The notes below the pieces were generated by a model that saw only the letters and a list, made by a program, of their open reading frames with translations, ran no database searches and was not told where the DNA came from. 64,000 bases of DNA from a virus, in the IMG/VR virus record IMGVR_UViG_3300037189_026207, positions 1-64,000 of that record. One strand, written 5' to 3'. Positions 1-10,174 of the stretch are shown piece after piece; position 1 is the first letter of the stretch, and every line of letters starts with the position of its first letter. A program made the translations under genes and the position numbers.

Positions 1-1341
1 AGACAAGGTGCTGTATGCGATACTTTCGCGACAGAGTGCTGTCCATCTAGCGCCTCCCCAAGCAGCAGCTCAGACTCAGACTCTAGCGTTGACAACAGCT
101 CGAGCGACAGATCGAGCGACAGATCAAGCGAGAGCGACAACAGCTCGGGCGACAACAGTAGCGACAGTAGCGACAGCAGCGACAGCAGCGACAGCAGCAG
201 CAGCAGCTCTAGCGTCGGGTGCGCGGCTGTCCCGGGTTATTTTAGAATGCCGCTCGGGCCCGGCGATGGTTTTGCTACTGGATTTTTGCCGCCGGATGAC
301 GGAACTGCCATGACTGTCACGCCCGCCGGTAATACGTGGACTACAACATATTTAATGGTCAGACCCGAAGCGGGCGAGTGCCCGCGGTGCCAGTACGAAA
401 TGAAATTATGGTTTACGTGTGAAAACGGTGTGTTTACTGGCGCATGCACTATTGGCGGCGCGCCCGGCATAGTAACCGGGCTTGGGTCGATTACCGTAGA
501 CGAAAACAATAATTTTGTAATTCCGGCCTTTAGGGCGGACTTAGACACAGAACAAGTTACGTCGCAGGACGTGGATATCACATGCGCGAACAATCAGCCG
601 CCGTCTGGCGCCTGCTCCTGTCCGCTGGCATTCCCGTGTGATCCGCCTGCGCCGCTCGGGCCGCCACTCGTGATCCCGGTCAATCAAGGTAATGCACAAC
701 TGCAAGCAGTTATTATTAATCAACCAGCTGTTATCAAAATAGCGCAACCTAACGGCGCAAACCAAGAACCAGAGTGCGAAGGTTGCGACTATGTTGTCGT
801 GCAGGCCCGCGTGGCCGAATTAGATACCGGCTTATACTTACAAGGAGATATAGCCGTTACCTGCGCGGCTGGAGAAGTTGAGCGCGTAGATAACGACACA
901 TATCGTGTGCGTGTATGCCCAAACGATATTGGTAACGTTCAAATAGATATAGCTGTAAGCTGGTACAATCAAACAGAATTGTTGTCGACAACGGTGCCGG
1001 TTGAATATTGTGCTGCCGCGTCGTCGTCATCTTCTAGCTCTGGCGCCCTAGCCGGTGACAGCAGCGACAGCAGCAGCGACAGCAGCAGCGACAGCAGTAG
1101 CGACAGCAGTAGCGACAGCAGCAGCGATAGCAGCAGCGATAGCAGCGGCAGCAACAACAGCGCAGACAGCGAATCAACTGGCTGCATATTTATAGAGTGC
1201 GGCGGTACTGATGTTTACGCTGATTGTGCCTCAATTCCCGGCGGTAACTACGTTATGGACTGCGACGCTTGTGAATGCGTAGAAATAACTGAAAGCACCA
1301 ACAGCGCCAATAGCGCAGCCAACAGCAGTACGAGTCAGTAA
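1..1341 (+). CDS. Cys-rich, poly-Ser/Asp-Ser repeat protein, 5'-truncated; putative virion appendage
   Basis: Frame 1 is open from base 1 (RQGAVCDTFATECCPSS...) into the 247..1341 ORF; Cys clusters are separated by (DSSS)n linkers. Confidence 0.7.
   Translation, partial: RQGAVCDTFATECCPSSASPSSSSDSDSSVDNSSSDRSSDRSSESDNSSGDNSSDSSDSSDSSDSSSSSSSVGCAAVPGYFRMPLGPGDGFATGFLPPDDGTAMTVTPAGNTWTTTYLMVRPEAGECPRCQYEMKLWFTCENGVFTGACTIGGAPGIVTGLGSITVDENNNFVIPAFRADLDTEQVTSQDVDITCANNQPPSGACSCPLAFPCDPPAPLGPPLVIPVNQGNAQLQAVIINQPAVIKIAQPNGANQEPECEGCDYVVVQARVAELDTGLYLQGDIAVTCAAGEVERVDNDTYRVRVCPNDIGNVQIDIAVSWYNQTELLSTTVPVEYCAAASSSSSSSGALAGDSSDSSSDSSSDSSSDSSSDSSSDSSSDSSGSNNSADSESTGCIFIECGGTDVYADCASIPGGNYVMDCDACECVEITESTNSANSAANSSTSQ
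1057..1146 (+). repeat. 12-bp tandem repeat encoding (DSSS) x about 7
   Basis: gacagcagcagc/gacagcagtagc/gatagcagcagc units. Confidence 0.9.
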
Positions 1342-1342
1342 A

Positions 1343-1698
<356 letters not shown>

Positions 1699-1717
<19 letters not shown>

Positions 1718-2166
1718 TATCGTGTAATCGCTTGCACTTAGCTGAAAGATGTGCGCAGCGCGGATACACAATAGACGAAGTATTACCGTGCGTAATTAGT
1801 AAAAATGGCGACATTTGGACTATAGACACAAATCATCCAGCCTACCCCAAAACTGCGCGGCCAAATGCCCCCAAAGCAAAAATTTTAACGAAAACTGCGG
1901 CAGAAAGCAGCTGCAAAGCCGGAACTGCGCTAAAAGAGATAATAAAAAAATGGCTAAAAATTACAGCAACAGCTACGTGCAGCTGTAACGCCCGCGCACA
2001 AACAATGGATGCCAACGGGTGTGATTGGTGCGAGCAAAATATTGATACAATAGTGGGGTGGCTGCGTGAAGAAGCGAAAAAAAGGCGCTTACCGTTTGTA
2101 GATATAGCCGGAAGAGTAATAGTAAAAAAAGCAATTGCCAACGCGCGCAAAGTAAAAATTAAATAA
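1699..2166 (+). CDS. Phage hypothetical protein with CSC/CDWC motifs
   Basis: Overlaps the upstream stop; GTALK...CSC...MDANGCDWC...IVGWLREEA. Confidence 0.7.
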
Positions 2167-2178
2167 TGGAGTTTAGAT

Positions 2179-3522
2179 ATGAGCAATTGCAATAGGCTGT
2201 GCATCCCGTTTTCGAGCTACAACTCGGACATTCACACGCTAGTCGGTGTGTATGCAACCGAAGAAGAGTGCTCGGCGGCATGCAATTGCGCCTCATCTAC
2301 CGCGCCTTCGAGCAGCACAAATCCCCCGACCAGCAGCAGCAGCAGCAGCACAAATCCCCCAGCCAGCAGCAGCAGCAACAGCGGAGTTAGCGGTCAAAGC
2401 AGTAGCGCTACCGCGCAGCTGTGCCAGAGTGAGTTTACACCCACGTGGACTGATTCCGCGGACAACAGTACCACTAGATTTTTAAACGTAAATTTTAGAA
2501 ATGACAAATTTGTAGCGCGTAGCACCGGTTACGCGGGGCAGCAGGGCGACGAAATTGCGCCGTATATTTACACCTCAAACGACGGCGTAAATTGGACAGA
2601 TAGCTCGCTACCAAATTTGTCGGCAAACGATCGTTATTATTTAACAGATTTACAATCCACGCCAGGCAATTTTGTTATTTGCGGCGCCACTTTCTCTGAC
2701 GTGTGGCAAAATAACACGCCATTGGTTCTGACGTCAAGCGACGGGATTTCCTGGGCGCAAGCCGCTAACCCAGGATTTGTCCCGATTCGCGTAGTTCATT
2801 TTGCCGGAACAACAATATTTAAAAAAAATCCGGCCAACCCGTGGAGCGCAACCCCGGGACCGCTGACATTGTCATATTTGGAGAGCGGAACTAACTGGGC
2901 TACTGTTACATACGAAGATCAAGATCTGCCGGGTGATGTAACTGATCATTACGCTGCGGACAGTTATACCGTCGTGGGCGATCGGCTGTACTTTTTTTAC
3001 ACCGCCGGGCTCAAAAATTACGTGGTATCAACGCCTAATTTAATTACGTGGGAGCGTAACGAAATAACAGTAAACTCAAGCATTAATACAAGAATATCAT
3101 TCAATGGCAGCGAAAGTGATGCCGCAAATAACACTCCGGGGTACTCAAAACATGCCGCGTACGGTGCCGGAAAACTAGTTATATTAGGAACAGATACTGC
3201 AACAGCAAAAACTAATACTGTGTTTACATCAGCAGATTACGGCGCTACTTGGACGCAAGCAACAGTTAATTTTAATGGAGGAAATGTAAATACTTTAGTA
3301 TTTTCTTGTGAAAGATTTTTTATGTTTTTCAACGATTCAAGCGGCGGCGGGTTAACGTCTACAGACGGGATAAACTGGCAAACAATGTCGTCGCCGGCCG
3401 GTGTCTGGAAAGATTGCGTTACCGGAAATTGCAAAATTGTAGCCGTAGGTTTTCGTGTTCTGGGTCTGGGCCAAGCGGCGGGTAGTCACATAATAAATAA
3501 TTGCTGCTGCGACGCGACTTAA
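2179..3522 (+). CDS. Asp-box (BNR) beta-propeller protein with Cys-rich N-terminus and Ser linker; putative receptor-binding protein
   Basis: Repeats YTSNDGVNW, LTSSDGISW, FTSADYGATW, LTSTDGINW; GGAG RBS. Confidence 0.75.
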   Translation: MSNCNRLCIPFSSYNSDIHTLVGVYATEEECSAACNCASSTAPSSSTNPPTSSSSSSTNPPASSSSNSGVSGQSSSATAQLCQSEFTPTWTDSADNSTTRFLNVNFRNDKFVARSTGYAGQQGDEIAPYIYTSNDGVNWTDSSLPNLSANDRYYLTDLQSTPGNFVICGATFSDVWQNNTPLVLTSSDGISWAQAANPGFVPIRVVHFAGTTIFKKNPANPWSATPGPLTLSYLESGTNWATVTYEDQDLPGDVTDHYAADSYTVVGDRLYFFYTAGLKNYVVSTPNLITWERNEITVNSSINTRISFNGSESDAANNTPGYSKHAAYGAGKLVILGTDTATAKTNTVFTSADYGATWTQATVNFNGGNVNTLVFSCERFFMFFNDSSGGGLTSTDGINWQTMSSPAGVWKDCVTGNCKIVAVGFRVLGLGQAAGSHIINNCCCDAT

Positions 3523-3640
3523 ATTTAAAGTACTAATAGCCTACAAATAAAAAATAAACGCGACGCCAATAAAAATAATTAACAGCGTTTTACTAATTAT
3601 TTCAGTAAAGCTTGTAGGCGCAAAGACACGAGGCAACGGC

Positions 3641-4405
3641 ATGAGCGAGCAGAACGCACATATTGGCGTAACGGTCGCGCCGAGTAAGTGCGGCGCAGCA
3701 AGCGTATGGCGATTAGCGGAGCTGTACGCTGCGCGCCTCACAGATACGTGGCCGACGTTAAATGTAATATGTGGTTCCTCATCGTCCGCGGAGTCTAGTA
3801 GCAGCTTGCCTTCGCGCGAAAGCAGTAGTAGTTCTAGCAGGGCCGTCCCTAGCTCGAGCATTGGCTCTAGTGACAGTAGCGCCAGCAGTAGTAGCAGTGA
3901 AAGCCAGAGCAGCGACAGCAGCATTAGTAGTAGTAGCAGTGAAAGCCAGAGCAGCGACAGCAGCATTAGTAGTAGTAGTAGTGAAAGCCAGAGCAGCGAC
4001 AGCAGCATTAGTAGTAGCAGCGAGAACCAGTACGTATGTGTAACAGAAAAATACGCGTGCGTAACGCTAAAAAGTTCAAGCAGCTCTAGTTCAAGCAGCT
4101 CTAGTTCTTCTGCGTGCTGCGCATACTTAACACTAAATTTTAGAACTTACACAGTTCCAGACTCGTTGACCGTCTACGATGCAAACGGCAATATAATAAC
4201 AACAACGGGCTTGATTAGTACTGGTAGCGAATTTATACAAATTACTTTGAGTAATTTACCCTGTGGTTTTTACATATGCGTAGACGCGCCATATGTGAGT
4301 ACGGTTTGGGATCTTATATCAACTGGATGCCTAGAGTTACACATTATAGGCGGCGGGCAAAATATAAATGGAGCACAGTATTGCTACCAGTCCTACGAAC
4401 CATAA
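3641..4405 (+). CDS. Ser-rich, Cys-containing protein (putative virion)
   Basis: Long Ser tract followed by a C-terminal beta-rich domain (TYTVPDSLTVYD). Confidence 0.65.
   Translation: MSEQNAHIGVTVAPSKCGAASVWRLAELYAARLTDTWPTLNVICGSSSSAESSSSLPSRESSSSSSRAVPSSSIGSSDSSASSSSSESQSSDSSISSSSSESQSSDSSISSSSSESQSSDSSISSSSENQYVCVTEKYACVTLKSSSSSSSSSSSSSACCAYLTLNFRTYTVPDSLTVYDANGNIITTTGLISTGSEFIQITLSNLPCGFYICVDAPYVSTVWDLISTGCLELHIIGGGQNINGAQYCYQSYEP
3899..4021 (+). repeat. 42-bp tandem repeat x3 (ESQSSDSSISSSSS)
   Basis: gaaagccagagcagcgacagcagcattagtagt at 3899, 3941 and 3983. Confidence 0.9.
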
Positions 4406-4423
4406 TTTAATATACACAGAAAA

Positions 4424-4933
4424 ATGGCGATATACTTCAAACATTTTCTGACTAATTTAAAGAGGCACGATATACCTTTTATCGTGATCGGCGGTAAGGC
4501 GTTGCAACTATTAAGCAAAAAACACAATTTAAATACTGCAATTTTATCGCCAAACGATGTGCAGGATTTAGATATTTTAGTGCCCAGTTCCGTCGAATCA
4601 TTTTTTCAAAAAACATGTAACGCCACGATAACAACAAACAAATTTTTTAAACGATTCACGCCGGTATACCTAACCGAAAAAATAAAAATTGACATACTGG
4701 TCGAGCTGCGCTGCCGCAATATCGTAATAAATAATCAAACTATTGCTGGCGTAAATTACAAAAAAATTATAGAGTACTGCTATTTTGATGCGTTGTATGA
4801 TGTACCCGTAACGGTATTGAATATTTACGCGTATTACGGTATGGTCAAAAGTTGCGGCGAAGCAAAATATAAAGACATACTTGATGAGATTGTACGAGTT
4901 GTTCCCGACGTGAAAGAAAAAATTGTAGCGTAG
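4424..4933 (+). CDS. Pol-beta-superfamily nucleotidyltransferase-like protein
   Basis: IVIGGKAL...DVQDLDILV...KIDIL (GG, DxD and third Asp); AT-rich. Confidence 0.65.
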   Translation: MAIYFKHFLTNLKRHDIPFIVIGGKALQLLSKKHNLNTAILSPNDVQDLDILVPSSVESFFQKTCNATITTNKFFKRFTPVYLTEKIKIDILVELRCRNIVINNQTIAGVNYKKIIEYCYFDALYDVPVTVLNIYAYYGMVKSCGEAKYKDILDEIVRVVPDVKEKIVA

Positions 4934-5232
4934 TGAATAAAATGAACGTAAGTCCAACTAATTCAAAACTGTTGTACGGAACTAAGCCGCACGCCATCAG
5001 CAACGGCGAAGACGAAATATTAATTAAAGTACGACTGCGCGACCATAAAAACAATCCTGTATCAAATCGTCTTGTGGAGCTTGTCGCCGATCGCGCGGGT
5101 GTAGAGATAGTTCAACCGCAAGCAACAGATGAAAACGGATTAGCTACCGGAACTGCGCGAGCAACAACGCCCGGACCAGTACACATTAGCGCGCGAGTAT
5201 TTCCTCCGGCACAATCGTCCTCCTCAAACTAG
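4933..5232 (+). CDS. Bacterial Ig-like (Big_1/invasin-type) domain protein
   Basis: IKVRLRDHKNNPV...TDENGLATG...TPG.V.ISA. Confidence 0.75.
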   Translation: MNKMNVSPTNSKLLYGTKPHAISNGEDEILIKVRLRDHKNNPVSNRLVELVADRAGVEIVQPQATDENGLATGTARATTPGPVHISARVFPPAQSSSSN

Positions 5233-5242
5233 TGAAATTAAA

Positions 5243-5791
5243 ATGAGCTGCAATAACTTACCGCCTGATACAGCTATCGTCGAACTTGACGAGGCGCTGG
5301 GTTTAAATTTTTATACCCCGCCGCTGCCACCGGAGCCGCCTAATTCAGATACGGGTCGCCGGGTGCATTTGACTTGGACGGTTAGCCGCTACAACTACAA
5401 CGGAACAGACGGTATTCGTGTGCGCATAGAGGCAGATTCCGCAGAAGATATGCCGCGTAAAATATTCGCGTATTTGATGTTGCCACTAAAGCCGGGAGAG
5501 GATATAAGAGCGGGCGCATTTGATCACGTGTGCTCGCCGACTGATCTGGAAGAGTATCCCGAAGACGAACCAATTCCAGACCACCGCCCCGAATTTTTTA
5601 GATTAGATTATGTCGACGTTGTTTTACGGTCGCGGACTGAGGTGCATGCGTTTGTGCGCGACGTTGCCGCAGATGTGTATCAATTAAAACGAACACTTGA
5701 TCTAATGGACCATATGCTGCCCGGCGGCGAAATTTGGATTGGCGGGGAGCCGGCATCAAGCTCGAGTAGTCTTTCTTCTAATAGTGGGTGA
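5243..5791 (+). CDS. Hypothetical protein (likely structural module)
   Basis: 182-aa ORF in the operon. Confidence 0.6.
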   Translation: MSCNNLPPDTAIVELDEALGLNFYTPPLPPEPPNSDTGRRVHLTWTVSRYNYNGTDGIRVRIEADSAEDMPRKIFAYLMLPLKPGEDIRAGAFDHVCSPTDLEEYPEDEPIPDHRPEFFRLDYVDVVLRSRTEVHAFVRDVAADVYQLKRTLDLMDHMLPGGEIWIGGEPASSSSSLSSNSG

Positions 5792-5794
5792 TTT

Positions 5795-6097
5795 ATGACA
5801 GACATGGTTGTTATTGAAGACAGTACAATCGTAAGCATGGTTAATGACGCGCGGTTTAATCAGGCAATTCCTTGTTTGATTAATCAATCCGGCAGCGTCA
5901 TTCCCGCGGCCACTGGCTGCGGATCGTGCGCTAGAAAGAGAGCAGAGGGCGCGCGACAGGCAATTCGGCGCGTGAAGGAGTGCTTGGCGGGAATGAGCTC
6001 TGAAAAAAAGACTGAATTAAAACAATTGCTGGGCGCGCAACAAGTAAAAGTAGTATTCGCAAATGCCACCGGACAGATTACAACTATCACGTTTTAA
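5795..6097 (+). CDS. Hypothetical protein with CGSC
   Basis: 100-aa ORF, last gene before an intergenic gap. Confidence 0.6.
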   Translation: MTDMVVIEDSTIVSMVNDARFNQAIPCLINQSGSVIPAATGCGSCARKRAEGARQAIRRVKECLAGMSSEKKTELKQLLGAQQVKVVFANATGQITTITF

Positions 6098-6294
6098 GCG
6101 CTAAATTTTTTGCAAAATCGTGGCATATTATGTGTAGTCCAATCTTTTTATCGGACTACGAGATAGTTTAGAAGCTCACGTCGTGATTTGTATCGGGACA
6201 ACGCTTCACCAATTTATTTAACTGGTGAGCGCTGTGTCCGATACCCCGACCTTTTCCTAACTGTTGGCGCTTTTTCTTAGCTATTGAGGAATCA

Positions 6295-6774
6295 ATGCCC
6301 AAACGCAGTAAGTTGGATAAAAAGTTACCGCCGCAGAAAGTGGTGAAGCCGGCGTTCGTATTGCCCGGCCCAAATTCAGATATTGAGGCGTACGGCTGGG
6401 ACATGTCCAAGTTACGCTACCCCGACCCAAAAAGCGCTGAGAAAAAAGATCCAGATCCGGGACCGCCAATTTTCCTAGCTCCCGAAGCAGACTGGGAACA
6501 CAAACAGCGCTACGGGCACGATATCAATTTTCTGTGCCCGCAGTACATCCAGCTCATGCTAGATAAATCAAAATCTGTCAGAGACGCCGCCCTGGCCGCC
6601 CATGACGAGCGATATACCAAAGATGCGGTCGCTGCAATCGAGCGAGCCGTATTGGCCGAGTTCACCAAAACAATACTGCCCGAAATTCAAAAGAACTTCG
6701 GGCAGATTGCGGGAATAGTTGCGCAATTCTATGCCGCGAGAATTGCACACATTAAAAAGTTCGGCCACGCCTAG
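6295..6774 (+). CDS. Hypothetical protein
   Basis: GAGGA RBS; 159 aa. Confidence 0.65.
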   Translation: MPKRSKLDKKLPPQKVVKPAFVLPGPNSDIEAYGWDMSKLRYPDPKSAEKKDPDPGPPIFLAPEADWEHKQRYGHDINFLCPQYIQLMLDKSKSVRDAALAAHDERYTKDAVAAIERAVLAEFTKTILPEIQKNFGQIAGIVAQFYAARIAHIKKFGHA

Positions 6775-7043
6775 ATCGACGCGAGCACAACAAAATCACG
6801 ACGATAACCGGCGACAGGCCGCTTGCCCATCATCAGCTCGTCGTCGGTTTTGCCGGCAGCATCGACCGGGTACGGACCGCTGGCGCTAGACACGCCAGGC
6901 CGATGCATGCCAGCTTCCGCGGCTTTCTGCAAAACCAAATTAGAGGTAGACGCCGCCATCAGTTCCTCGATATCATTGCCGCTGACCACAAAATCAGCCC
7001 GACCGTTCGCAGACCTAGTGAGATCATCAAGAATGGAAACCAT
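6771..7043 (-). CDS. Hypothetical protein (MVSILDDLTR...)
   Basis: GGAGG RBS 8 nt upstream on the minus strand; protein-like composition. Confidence 0.65.
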   Translation of the reverse strand: MVSILDDLTRSANGRADFVVSGNDIEELMAASTSNLVLQKAAEAGMHRPGVSSASGPYPVDAAGKTDDELMMGKRPVAGYRRDFVVLASI

Positions 7044-7569
7044 AGAAAAAACCTCCGCAGAAGAAAAACAGCTGACCTGGGGTATGGTAACCCAGGCCGT
7101 TAAACTCAGCAAGCTGCAAATCAAAAATATCTTTCGAGTGCGTGGTGTCGAACCGCCGCCGGCCGAACAGGTAATTCAGCCAGACGAGTTAATACTAATT
7201 CTAGCGGCAGACATGCTAGAAAAACTGCTATTCCTGCAGCCCGAGCAGCGTACGTTAATTTTAGACTCTATTTCAGAATGCCTGGGCGGCGTCATAGCGG
7301 GCGATTTCACGCAGCTCGGATTTGTTGACGGGCAGTATTGCTTGTGGACGGGAAATACCGGCTTTCTCGATATAAATAGTGGCGACACTTTAAAGGAATT
7401 GCCCGCGTTTCCGCTCGAGTCAATATCGTATAATCTGAATGAGCTGTACCGTCGTGGTAGGCTAAAAATAGAACGCCGGAGCGGATTTCATGCCAAACGA
7501 CAAACTCCTGAAGGAACTGTGGAAGAGCCCGAAGACTTTTGCGAGCGTCCTACTAACAGTGTTTCTTGA
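7033..7569 (+). CDS. Hypothetical protein (METIEK...)
   Basis: Start inferred at ATG 7033 because the upstream part of the ORF shadows the minus gene. Confidence 0.6.
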   Translation: METIEKTSAEEKQLTWGMVTQAVKLSKLQIKNIFRVRGVEPPPAEQVIQPDELILILAADMLEKLLFLQPEQRTLILDSISECLGGVIAGDFTQLGFVDGQYCLWTGNTGFLDINSGDTLKELPAFPLESISYNLNELYRRGRLKIERRSGFHAKRQTPEGTVEEPEDFCERPTNSVS

Positions 7570-8167
7570 CGCGTTCGGGACTGAGGCACTAGAGTGGGAG
7601 CCGGCTACCATTTCTATGGAGATCGAGGAGGAGTTTGGCGTAGATCTTCCCCAGGCCACATTAGACAAACTGATTGTGGCTATTAATATTTTGACGTCAG
7701 ACAGGTTTTATCGCAGCCTGCCTGACTTCATAATATTTTGCAACGTACTCAGCGGCGACACATACCGCCCAGACATGTTTGATCCGGCCGATAGCGTAGA
7801 GATCGCTTGGGGAATCACTGAAGGTCTGCTGATCGCGCCGCCCGACGAAGGCGAAGAAGAGCCGTTCAGCGCCGAGATTCGCGCGTACATCGGCGCCGTG
7901 CTCGACGCCGAGGGTATAATCAACGCGCCAGATATTCTAAAAATTGCGTTGCGGCGGGCTAACGTGTCCAACGCCGCAGACGAGTTCAGCGACGACCCGG
8001 ATATGTTTAATGCAATCTACGACGTCGAAGCCGGTAAATCTGAAAACATAAACGCAGAAATAAAAGAACGCGCAATTATGATGGCTGAACAGCTAAATGC
8101 GCTACAGCTCACAAATGGCAGCACGGCAGCTGTCGCACAAAAACTGCTGGCGTCAGTTGGTCGGTAG
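7490..8167 (+). CDS. Acidic phage protein (WEPATI...DKL...FCNVLSG), possibly head-associated
   Basis: 225-aa globular ORF. Confidence 0.65.
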   Translation: MPNDKLLKELWKSPKTFASVLLTVFLDAFGTEALEWEPATISMEIEEEFGVDLPQATLDKLIVAINILTSDRFYRSLPDFIIFCNVLSGDTYRPDMFDPADSVEIAWGITEGLLIAPPDEGEEEPFSAEIRAYIGAVLDAEGIINAPDILKIALRRANVSNAADEFSDDPDMFNAIYDVEAGKSENINAEIKERAIMMAEQLNALQLTNGSTAAVAQKLLASVGR

Positions 8168-8198
8168 TTTTGTCGGAGGTACTTTTCAGGAGGATTGC

Positions 8199-8447
8199 AT
8201 GGGATGCATCACGTCCCGCGGCGATATGTGGCCGCCTAAACCGTTCACGCGGTTTATTGTTCGTACGGAGATTAGAGAGCTGGCGGAGCGTTCGGGTACA
8301 TTCGTCAGCTGGGCTGAGGCAGATTATGTCTGGGTTTATCCCGGACAAGGTACATCTTGCGGCGGCACCATCGGCCCCAAACACGACTGGACAGAAGAAG
8401 CTAGTCCAGGACAAGAAATAGCAATTCGCTGTTTAGAGGAGCGCTAG
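8199..8447 (+). CDS. Hypothetical protein
   Basis: AGGAGG RBS before ATG 8199. Confidence 0.5.
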   Translation: MGCITSRGDMWPPKPFTRFIVRTEIRELAERSGTFVSWAEADYVWVYPGQGTSCGGTIGPKHDWTEEASPGQEIAIRCLEER

Positions 8448-8448
8448 A

Positions 8449-8730
8449 ATGCGGAGATTTCCGCCAGGAATTCGCAAAATGTCTCCGCAGATATTTTGCG
8501 ACATTTGCGGAGAAGATTGTCGAAGAGAGGGCAATTACGATAGCGAGTATGCGCAGCTAACCGCTACCTGGGGTTATGACTCGCGTAAGGATGGCGACCA
8601 GTACAGCGTCGACCTGTGCGAAAATTGTTTTGACAAGACGATTGAATTTTTAAAGACAATTCGAAGTGTTAATCCGGTTGAAAAACTGGGCCTGGACGCC
8701 CTTGTAGCAAAAAGTTACTTACCTGAGTAA
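8449..8730 (+). CDS. Small Zn-ribbon protein
   Basis: CDIC...DLCENC; GAGGAG RBS. Confidence 0.65.
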   Translation: MRRFPPGIRKMSPQIFCDICGEDCRREGNYDSEYAQLTATWGYDSRKDGDQYSVDLCENCFDKTIEFLKTIRSVNPVEKLGLDALVAKSYLPE

Positions 8731-8741
8731 AGGAGTTAGTT

Positions 8742-8966
8742 GTGTTAGTTTTGTCGCGCCGGCTGGATGAGACGATCTGCATTGGCGAAAACATTCGCGT
8801 TAAGGTTGTCGATTTCAAACCGGGCGGAGTAGTGCGCCTCGGTATTGACGCGCCGGACAACGTTGTAATCATGCGGCAAGAATTGTTGCCGGATAACAAA
8901 ATGGATTTGCAGCCGCGCCATTTAGAGCGCCGCGCTGAAAAGCAGATTATCGCTGCGCCTAAGTAA
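8742..8966 (+). CDS. csrA: Carbon storage regulator CsrA/RsmA
   Basis: MLVLSRR..E.I.IG..I.V.V......VRLGIDAP..V.I.R.EL; AAGGAG RBS. Confidence 0.92.
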   Translation: MLVLSRRLDETICIGENIRVKVVDFKPGGVVRLGIDAPDNVVIMRQELLPDNKMDLQPRHLERRAEKQIIAAPK

Positions 8967-8992
8967 TTTGTAGCGCGCTACAATCAATTAGC

Positions 8993-10174
8993 CTAAACTT
9001 CCGGCTGGGCGGCCATTTCATAAAGCCGCTCGGCCGGAAGAAGGGCCTCGTGCTCTGGCCCACGCACGACTGCCGAGGCGCCCTTCTCGCGCACTAAGCG
9101 GTCTAACGTGGTTGCCATGCCGCGGTCCAATGTCGGTACGATGGCGGCTAACTTGTCGCGATCAGTGTATACGCCGCCAGCTGATACGGCGTCGGCAAAT
9201 TCGTCGCCCAGCCAAGCGCGGAGATCGTCAACCGCAATCTTCTCTAAATCATCAAGGGCGTAAACATTGCCAGTCACTGTTTCAACGTGGCCAGACATAA
9301 AGTCGTTAGCCACCTTTTCGTTTATCGCGAACAGCACCTCTTCGGCGCGGGGAAGGCCGCCGGCATCGTAAAGCCTAAAAAGCTTGGTCTCACGGTCATA
9401 CTGGTCGACCACGCTAGCCAGCTTAATCCGGCATTCCAGCGTCTGCGTTTCGGTCGGATTGCGCTCAATCAGGCCGGCTAGCTTCTCGAGCTCGCCAGAC
9501 AGCGCAGCGTTCGTTTTACGGCCTAATACGGCCCGCTGGCGTAGGAGCTCAGCCGCAACCTTAGTGGCGCATAAACCGCGCCCAGCGGCCTTATAGAGGC
9601 TGTCTGCTGCGTCATTTACGTCCGCGCTATACTCTTCGGCCTTGGCCAGAATTTTATTAGCGATCTTGTGGCGATCCAGGAATACAAACTCGTCGCGATA
9701 TTTATTAAAATGAGCGGCAGCAAATTTAACTTCCGTGGCGTTGCGCAGGGGCCAGTGCCGCTCGGCGGTACCGTCGTCTGTCCGCCACACAATGGCGAAG
9801 TCGGAGTCGGGGAGCCGCGATAGTGCAGTATTAGCGTCTATGGCAACTTTACGCATTAATTCGTCAACAAGGCCGCCAATGCCAAAATACGTAGCAGACG
9901 CGCGAATCTTATCTTCGACCGCGGCGGCTGTTTTGCTTTCAAACGACGACTGCTTCTCGGCAAACCACAGCGCGGACATCCAAGTTGCGGGAGCAGAGTG
10001 GCACGGGTACAGTTTTTTATGTGGCTCGGCGTACAGATGCCGCGCCATGGTGCCGGAGTCGCCGTGGAGGCGCTCATGCGCGGCGTTTTTTACAAAATCA
10101 GGAGCCGGATACAGCGAAAGCAGGCGGTGAGTTTCTTGTCCGCTAACGTCTTGCGTATGGTCCAATACGTTCAT
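8993..10174 (-). CDS. Putative head/inner-capsid protein with two DUF6582-like repeats and many K-x-A motifs
   Basis: LPDSDFA...WPL....V..A...F...IA.KI...A repeat; 13 of 22 Lys are in K-x-A. Confidence 0.6.
   Translation of the reverse strand: MNVLDHTQDVSGQETHRLLSLYPAPDFVKNAAHERLHGDSGTMARHLYAEPHKKLYPCHSAPATWMSALWFAEKQSSFESKTAAAVEDKIRASATYFGIGGLVDELMRKVAIDANTALSRLPDSDFAIVWRTDDGTAERHWPLRNATEVKFAAAHFNKYRDEFVFLDRHKIANKILAKAEEYSADVNDAADSLYKAAGRGLCATKVAAELLRQRAVLGRKTNAALSGELEKLAGLIERNPTETQTLECRIKLASVVDQYDRETKLFRLYDAGGLPRAEEVLFAINEKVANDFMSGHVETVTGNVYALDDLEKIAVDDLRAWLGDEFADAVSAGGVYTDRDKLAAIVPTLDRGMATTLDRLVREKGASAVVRGPEHEALLPAERLYEMAAQPEV

Noticed and set aside
8-313. Ala/Thr-rich ORF
   Set aside because: Off-frame shadow of the Ser repeats; frame 1 is continuous with 247..1341
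3541-4008. Leu-rich minus ORFs (also 969..1187) resembling membrane proteins
   Set aside because: Antisense translation of AGC/AGT repeats
3899-4021. Possible CRISPR array
   Set aside because: Tandem in-frame coding repeats with no unique spacers
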